Positions 54,267-64,000 of a stretch of 64,000 bases of DNA are shown here, piece by piece. The position numbers were made by a program, and so were the translations under genes. Below the pieces are notes generated by a model. That model worked only from the letters and a program-made list of their open reading frames with translations, had not been told where the DNA came from and ran no database searches. The stretch is from the human T2T-CHM13v2.0 reference genome, Homo sapiens. Position 1 is the first letter of the stretch; the number at the start of each line of letters is the position of its first letter. The stretch lies in assembly GCF_009914755.1 (NCBI RefSeq), contig NC_060941.1. The stretch is one strand, 5' to 3'.

Positions 54267-54418
54267 TTAATTATTTTTTTTTATGTTATAGTACAGGTTT
54301 TTTTCCTTAAAAATTAGATCTTTCTAACCTTTTCGTAACCAGGCATTATGATCTTTGAAAATTTTTATTTGCGTATCTTTAATTGTAATTTTGTCATCTC
54401 TTCTCATTTATTGTTTAG

Positions 54419-54595
54419 TCCAAAAGAAACTCTTCCTTCAAAACCTGTGAAGAAAGAGAAGGAACAGAGGACACGTCACTTACTCACAGACCTTCCTCTC
54501 CCTCCAGAGCTCCCTGGTGGAGATCTGTCTCCCCCAGACTCTCCAGAACCAAAGGCAATCACACCACCTCAGCAACCATATAAAAAGAGACCAAA
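54419..54595 (+). CDS. CDK12: CDK12 coding exon 3 (177 nt; SPKETLPSK...KKRPK)
   Basis: Acceptor ttgtttag| and donor AA|gtgagt; frame continuous. Confidence 0.96.
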
Positions 54596-56189
54596 GTGAG
54601 TTTTTGGAGGAATCTGTCTTTCATGATAGTTTTCTCCCTTCCTTTTGAACTAAATCTCTCATGTTTCTTCTATAACCCACACCAGTAAGATCGTAGAAGT
54701 TTGGTCCCAAAGTATTTTTTAATTTTATTTTAATGGACAAAAGCCTTTCTTGGAGACTCAGGTCATTCATCTATGCCCTCAGATACCCAGCTATGTTTTT
54801 AGAACAACAGAAAATTCCCAAATCCAGATATACTATGAATGTTTATCTCATTATGTCTTTTTTATTCATAATATTTAGAGTACTAAGGAAGAATAAAAGC
54901 TTTTTAAATTCAGGATGTGTCAATCGTGTACACATTAACCAAAAATTAATAGATATGGGATTTTTCTTCCTGAAAGCATATAAATTGTCATGCCATAAAT
55001 TGAGTATAAATATGGGTCTAATCTTCTGATTGTTAGCATTTCTCTCTTAATAATAAAATTAGGTATCATTTATTGAGCACGTATTATTGTCGTAGTTTTA
55101 TATATACACATTTTTGAGACAGAGTTGCGTTCTTTGTTGCCCAGGCTGGGGTGCAGTGATGCTATCTCTGCTTACCGCAACCTCGGCTTCCTGGTTCAAG
55201 CAACTCTCCTGCCTCAGCCTCCCGAGTAGCTGGGATTACAGGCACGTGCCACCACGCCAGGCTAATTTTTGTATTTTTAGTAGAGATGGGGTTTCACCAT
55301 GTTGGCCAGGCTGGTCTCGAACTCCTGACCTCAGGTAATCCACCGCCTTGGCCTCCCAAAGTGCTGGGATTACAAGCGTGAGCCACCGCGTCCGGCCTTA
55401 TATTTTCATAGCAGCCTTAGCATGTAGCGATTAATTTCCCATTTTATAGTTAAAGCCATACCTGAGAGAGTTCAGAAAGCAAGCAACTAATCTATTATTT
55501 CAGTGTATGTCTTCCTAAAGCTGTAGCCCTATGTCTTAGCCACTGTGAGAGACTGTTTATGTATTTTTTTTTTTTTTTTTTTGAGACAGAGTCTCCCTCT
55601 GTCACCCAGGCTGGAGGCACCTGCCACCATGCCTGGCTGTGTGTTTATATATTTCATATCATTTCATTTCTGACTTTTTAGTAAAAAATGTATAAAAGAT
55701 ACAGGAGTGGCTGGGCGCGGTGGCTCACGCTTGTAATCCCAGCACTTTCGGAGGCCAATGCGGGTGGATCATGAGGTCAAGAGATCGAGACCATCTTGAC
55801 CAACATGGTGAAACCACATCTCTACTGAAAATACAAAAATTAGCTGGGCGGGGTGGCGCCTGCCTGTAGAGTACTTAAAAAAAAAAAAAAAAAGATACAG
55901 GAGTTAGTGAAATCATCATAAAAGAATCCTTTTTTCTTTGACTCGATTTCATTTTCTTTTCTTTTTTTTTTTTTTTGAGTCGGAGTCTCGCTCTGCTGCC
56001 CAGGCTGGAGTGCAATGGCGTGACCTTGGCTCACTGCCACCTCTGCCTCCTGGGTTCAAGTGATTCTCCTGCCTCAGCCTCCTGAGTAGCTGGGACTACA
56101 GGCGCCTGCCACCACGCCCGGCTAATTTTTTGTATATTTAGTAGAGACGGGGTTTCACCGTGTTAGCCAGGATGGTCTCTATCTCCTGA

Positions 56190-56507
<318 letters not shown>

Positions 56508-56612
56508 TGATCTGCCAGCCTCGGCCTCCCAAAGTGCTGGGATTACAGGCATGAGCCACCGCGCCCGGCCTTCATTTTCTTAAATAACTATTTTGTTGTT
56601 TTTACTTTTTAG

Positions 56613-56752
56613 AATTTGTTGTCCTCGTTATGGAGAAAGAAGACAAACAGAAAGCGACTGGGGGAAACGCTGTGTGGACAAGTTTGACATTATTGGGATT
56701 ATTGGAGAAGGAACCTATGGCCAAGTATATAAAGCCAAGGACAAAGACACAG
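56613..56752 (+). CDS. CDK12: CDK12 coding exon 4 (140 nt; start of kinase domain, G-loop GEGTYG)
   Basis: Acceptor ctttttag| and donor AG|gtaaat. It reads ICCPRY...[17 protein letters not shown]. Confidence 0.97.
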
Positions 56753-56879
56753 GTAAATATTGCCACAAAATTTTAGATGTCAGAATGTTAACAATTTAGC
56801 AATACTAATATCTTAAGTGGATTTAGCAAAAGTAAATTCTGAGGTGTTTTGTTTGTTTGTTTGTTTGTTTGTTTTTTGA

Positions 56880-57185
<306 letters not shown>

Positions 57186-58387
57186 TGAGACGGGGTCTTG
57201 CGCTGTCATCCAGTCTGGAGTGCAGTGAGTGGATCAATCTCTGCTCACTGCAGGCTCTGCCTCCTGGGTTCAAGCGATGCCTCTGCATCAGCCTCCCAAG
57301 TAGCTGGGGTTACAGGCATGCACCACCACACCCAGCTAATTTCTGTATTTTTAGTAGAGATGGGGTTTTACCATGTTGGCCAGGCAGTCTTGAATTCCAG
57401 GCTGGTCTTGAACTCCTAACCTGAAATAGCCACCCACCTCAGCCTCCCAAAGTGCTGGGATTACAGGCATGAGCCACCACGCCTGGCCAAATTTTTAGTT
57501 CTAGTTTTGTCTCCAAAAGTTATTGAGTAGATCAAAGGTTTCCAAAAGAATACTATAATTATAACTTTTAAAACTCTCCAGCTGGGTGTGGTGAGTCATG
57601 CCTGTAATTTCAGCACTTTGGGAGGCCAGGTGGGCAGATCACGAGGTCAGGAGATTGAGACCATCCTGGCTAACATGGTGAAACCCCGTTTCTACTAAAA
57701 ATAGAAAAAATTAGCCAGGCGTGGTGCCACACGCCTGTAGTCCCAGCTACTCAGGAGGCGGAGGCAGGAGAATCACTTGAACCTAGTAGGCGGAGGTTGC
57801 AATGAGCGGAGATCGCGCCAGTGCCCTGCAGCCTGGGTGACAGAGCAAGACTCCATCTCAAAAACAAAAAATTCAAGTCTTAAGAAAAAAATTAAAGCCA
57901 GGAAAGGGAATATAGAATTTCCTTTTTTGTTTTTTTATTGAGGAGGAGTCTCACTCTGTCACCCAGGGTGGAGTGCAATGATGCGATCTCAGCTCACTGC
58001 AACCTCTGCTCACCGCAACCTCTGCCTCCCGGGTTCAAGCAATTCTCCTGTCTCAGCCTCCTGAGTAGCTGGGATTACAGGCATCCACCACCACGCCCAG
58101 CTAATTTTTGTATTTTAATAGAGACGGGGTTTCACCACGTTGGCTAGGCTGGTCTCGAATTCCTAACCTCAGGTGATCCACAGGCCTTGGCCTCCCAAAG
58201 TGTTGGGATTACAGGTGTGAGCCAGTGCGCCTGGCCTAGAGTTTACTTTTTAAAGGTGTATAAGTATCTCGTGTAAGCATTAAAGTAAGCACTAAGTTTG
58301 TCTTCCAGAGCAAGGGCATATATTGCTGGTTCACAATAGTGGCCAAAAATGCTCATTGATAATAACAGTTTACATTTGTTTTGGCAG

Positions 58388-58558
58388 GAGAACTAGTGGC
58401 TCTGAAGAAGGTGAGACTAGACAATGAGAAAGAGGGCTTCCCAATCACAGCCATTCGTGAAATCAAAATCCTTCGTCAGTTAATCCACCGAAGTGTTGTT
58501 AACATGAAGGAAATTGTCACAGATAAACAAGATGCACTGGATTTCAAGAAGGACAAAG
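58388..58558 (+). CDS. CDK12: CDK12 coding exon 5 (171 nt; catalytic Lys in VALKK, PITAIRE helix); the gene continues beyond the right edge
   Basis: Acceptor ttttggcag| and donor AG|gtacta. The PITAIRE motif is diagnostic of CDK12/13. Confidence 0.97.
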
Positions 58559-59433
58559 GTACTAGCAAAGAATCACATTTTTACAGGGTAGACTGGTCCA
58601 ATCTTTGCCTTTCTTTTTTTTTTTCTTTCTTTCTTTCTTTTTTTTTTTTTTGAGACGGAGTCTTGCTCTGTTGCCCAGGCTGAACTGCAGTGGTGCGATT
58701 TCAGGTCACTGCAAGCTCCACCTCCTGGGTTCACGCCATTCTCCTGCCTCAGTGTCCTGAGCAGCTGGGACTACAGGCGCCCGCCACCACACCCAGCTAA
58801 TTTTTTGTATTTTTTTAGTAGAGGCGGGGTTTCACCGTGTTAGCCAGGATGGTCTCGATCTCCTGACCTCGTGATCCGCCCGCCTGGGCCTCCCAAAGTT
58901 CTGGGATTACAGGCATGAGCCACCGCGCCTGGCCCTTTCTTTCTTATTTATCTATTTATTTTGAGACAGTCTCGCACTGTCGCCCAGGCTGGATTGCAGT
59001 CCTGTGATGTCGGCTCACTGCAGCCTCTGCCTCTCGGGTTTAAGTGATTCTCGTGCCTCAGCCCCCAAGTAGCTGGGATTTCAGGCATGCGCCATCATTC
59101 CGGGCTTATTTTTGTATATTTAGTGGAGAGGAGGTTTCGCTATGTTCGTCGAGCTGGTCTCACACTCCTGACCTCAAGTCATCCGCCCGCCTCGGCCCCT
59201 CGAAGTGCTGGGATTATAGGAGTGAGCTACCATGACTGGCCTCATGTGTTTGTTTTTTGTTTTTTTTTTTTTTTTTTATAAAATAATAAGTGAATGAATG
59301 GATATGATGCATGTATGCCTTTGGTGGAAAAACTGAAAATATAGAAGAAGAAGAAAAAGAAGATGGTAGTGGCCAGGCGCAGTGGCTCACGCCTGTAATC
59401 CTGGCACTTTGGGAGGCCGAGGTGGGCAGATCA

Positions 59434-59736
<303 letters not shown>

Positions 59737-59740
59737 TTAA

Positions 59741-60043
<303 letters not shown>

Positions 60044-60431
60044 TGACAAGGGTGAGCCACCACACTCAGCCCTGCTTTTAGTACTTTATGCCATATCTAC
60101 TGTATTTATTTTAACAAAGCTGAGATTAAAGGTTATTTCGTGTTGTATAACTTGTCATAAGCAATTTCTCATATCATTAACAAATTTTAATGTTTATGCG
60201 TAAACATAGGTGAATCCAAATTTACCAGTCCCTGTTGAGCAATTAGTTGCCAATTTTCAGTTTAAAAAAAAAATAATAGGCCAGGTGCAGTGGCTCACCC
60301 CTGTAATCTCAGCACTTTGGGAGGCCGAGTCAGGTTGATCACCTGAGGTCGGGAGTTTGAGATCAGCCTGGCCAAGATGGTGAAACCCTATCTCTACTAA
60401 AAATACAATAATTAGCTGGGCATGGTGGCTA

Positions 60432-60560
<129 letters not shown>

Positions 60561-61188
60561 TCAAAAAAAAATCCCAAAAAACATAATAACAATGCCTTGA
60601 GTATCTTTCTGCATAAATCTTTGCATTATGATTTATTTTCATTGTATAGCATTTTTGATACAGAGTTATTTGGTCAAATGGATTTTCATATTTAATGTCA
60701 GATTCCTTTTAAGAAAATTAGTATGTCCAGTGGGTGTCCATCTCAGTGTATCCTCCCCAACATTCAGTATATCTTTTTTTTTTTTTTTTTTTTTTTAATT
60801 TTGAGAAGGAGTCTCACTCTGTCGCCCAGGCTCGAGTGCAGTGATGCAATCTTGGCTCACTGCAACCTCCGCCTCCTGGGTTCAAGTGATTCTCCTGCCT
60901 CAGCCTTTGGAGTAGCTGGGCTTAAACAGGCGCACGCCACCACGGCCGGCTAATTTTTGTATCTTTATCAGAGACAGGGTTTCGCCATTTGGCCGGGCTG
61001 GTCTCAAACTTCTGTCCCCAGCTGATCCGCCCACCTCGGCCTCCCAAAGTGCTGGAATTACAAGTGTGAGCCACTGTACCCGGCCAAGTATATCTTTTTA
61101 AAAAATTGTCATCTGGGCTAGGTGTGGTTGCTTATGCCTATAATCCCAGCATTTTGGGAGGCCAAGGCAGGCAGATCACTTGAAGTCA

Positions 61189-61413
<225 letters not shown>

Positions 61414-61921
61414 TCATCTGGATAGGTTAAGTATGATATTATTATTTTATATATTATTTTAATTTAATTTTTATTTTTTGAGACAGTCTCAGTGTGTTGC
61501 CCAGGCTGGAGTACAACGGTGGTCATAGCTCATTACATCCTCAACCTCCAGGCTCAAGCAATCCTCCATGCCTCATCCTCCTGATTAGCTGGGGCAACAG
61601 GCATGCACCACCACATCCAGCTGATTTTTTAAATTTTTAGTAGAAACAGGATCTCTCTATGTTGCACAGGCTGGTCTCTAACTCCTGGGCTCAAGCAGTC
61701 CTCTTGCCTTGGCCTCCTAAAGTGCTGGGATTACGAACTTGGGCCACCGCACCCAGCGAATGTCATTTTGGATTATATTCCTTATATTTTGGGTCTTCTC
61801 TATGTTACCAGTTTTATTTACTTTCTCTCCCTCTCTCTTTCTCTCTCTCTTTCTCTCTTTCTTTCTTTTTTTTTGGGACAGAGTCTTGCTCTCTCACCGA
61901 GGCTGGAGTGCAGTGACATGA

Positions 61922-62312
<391 letters not shown>

Positions 62313-62721
62313 TGATCCACCCGCCTCGGCCTCCCAAAGTGCTGGGATTACAGGCGTGAGCCGCCGCGCCCGGCCATCCTTCTCTTTTTGAAATTTTTTG
62401 TAGACAGAATCTTGCTTTCTCACCCAGGCTAGAGTACATTGGTGCAATCACAGCTTATTGTAGCCTCAAACTCCTGGGCTCAAATGATTCTCTTGCCTCA
62501 GCCTCCCAAGTAGCCAGGAATACAGGCAAGCACCATCATGCCTAGCTAATTTATAAATTTTTTTGTGGAGATGGTGTCTCACTATTTTGCCCAGTCTGGT
62601 TTCCAAAGCTCAGGCAATCCTCTCACCTCAGCCCCTCACAATGTGGGGATTACAGGCATGAGCCACTGAACACAGCCCTAAATTTGTTGATTCATTTTTC
62701 TCTCAATTTTTAATACTATGA

Positions 62722-62734
62722 TTTTCTTTTTTTT

Positions 62735-62794
<60 letters not shown>

Positions 62795-62810
62795 TTTTTT
62801 TTTTTTTTTT
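62722..62810 (+). repeat. (TTTC)n microsatellite plus poly-T in an antisense Alu tail
   Basis: Read directly from the sequence. Confidence 0.9.
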
Positions 62811-63078
62811 GAGACAGAGTCTTGCTCTTTTTGCCCAGGCTGGAGTGCAGTGCCGCTGTCTTGGCTCACTGCAACCTCCGCCTCCTGGGTTCAAGCGATT
62901 GTCATGCCTCAGCCTCCCTGAGTAGCTGGAATTACAGGTGCACGCCACCACGTCCAGGTAATTTTTGTATTTTTAGCAGAGTTAGGGTTTCACCATGTTG
63001 GGCAGGCTTGTCTCGAACTCCTGACCTCAAGTGATCTGCCCGCCTTGGCCTCCCAAAGTGCTGGGATTACAGGCATGA

Positions 63079-63426
<348 letters not shown>

Positions 63427-63504
63427 TAACACATTTATTATGATGTCCCTGGCGTATTGAGTCCCATTAACTTGTATAAAAACCTTTACAAAATAGTCGT
63501 CAAT

Positions 63505-63610
63505 TTTATGTAACAAATGGGCATGGTTGTGTTACAAATACAACTTCATTTACAGCAACAAGCAGCAGGCTGGATCTGGTCTAAGCTCTGTAATTTGCTA
63601 ACTGACTTAG
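63505..63610 (+). mobile_element. MER58-like hAT fragment
   Basis: aaatgggcatggttgtgttacaaatacaacttcatttac...gcaggctggatctgg resembles the MER58 3' end. Confidence 0.6.
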
Positions 63611-63751
63611 GTCATTAAAGTCTAGTAAGACAGGCTGAGCACAGTGGCTTATGCCTCTGACCTCAGCATTTTGGGATGTTGGGGTGGAAGGATTGCCTGA
63701 GCCAAAGAGTTAAGAGACCAGCCTGGGTACCATAGCAAGACCCTGTCTCTA

Positions 63752-63982
<231 letters not shown>

Positions 63983-64000
63983 CTAAGGCAGGCGGATCAC

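Overview
This is human (or very close primate) genomic DNA: the head-to-head 5' ends of two RNA polymerase II regulators, which I recognise from their protein sequences. MED1 lies on the minus strand (coding exons 1-6, codons 1-143, ATG at 14969). CDK12 lies on the plus strand (coding exons 1-5, c.1-2419, ATG at 25978) and encodes the RS-rich region, a proline-rich region and the kinase N-lobe (GEGTYG, ALKK, PITAIRE). Each gene has its own CpG-rich promoter, about 10 kb apart, and both carry a cluster of TCTCGCGAGA-type (CGCG/BANP) motifs. Most of the remainder is Alu sequence, often nested, plus older MIR, L2, L1M, MER20, MER58 and Tigger4 fragments, microsatellites and a U6 retropseudogene. 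Almost all ORF-track entries are Alu or microsatellite artefacts. I cannot demonstrate a new biological system from sequence alone. The strongest leads are: (1) a candidate 5'UTR switch in CDK12 (start-stop uORF, G-quadruplex versus hairpin, and a strong splice acceptor just before the ATG), with a similar layout in MED1; (2) candidate poison exons in CDK12 intron 1; (3) a stop-free circular ORF if CDK12 exon 2 is back-spliced; (4) a dense nested-palindrome cluster in MED1 intron 2; (5) one target site re-used by U6 and two Alus. Repeat boundaries and subfamily names are by eye and approximate.
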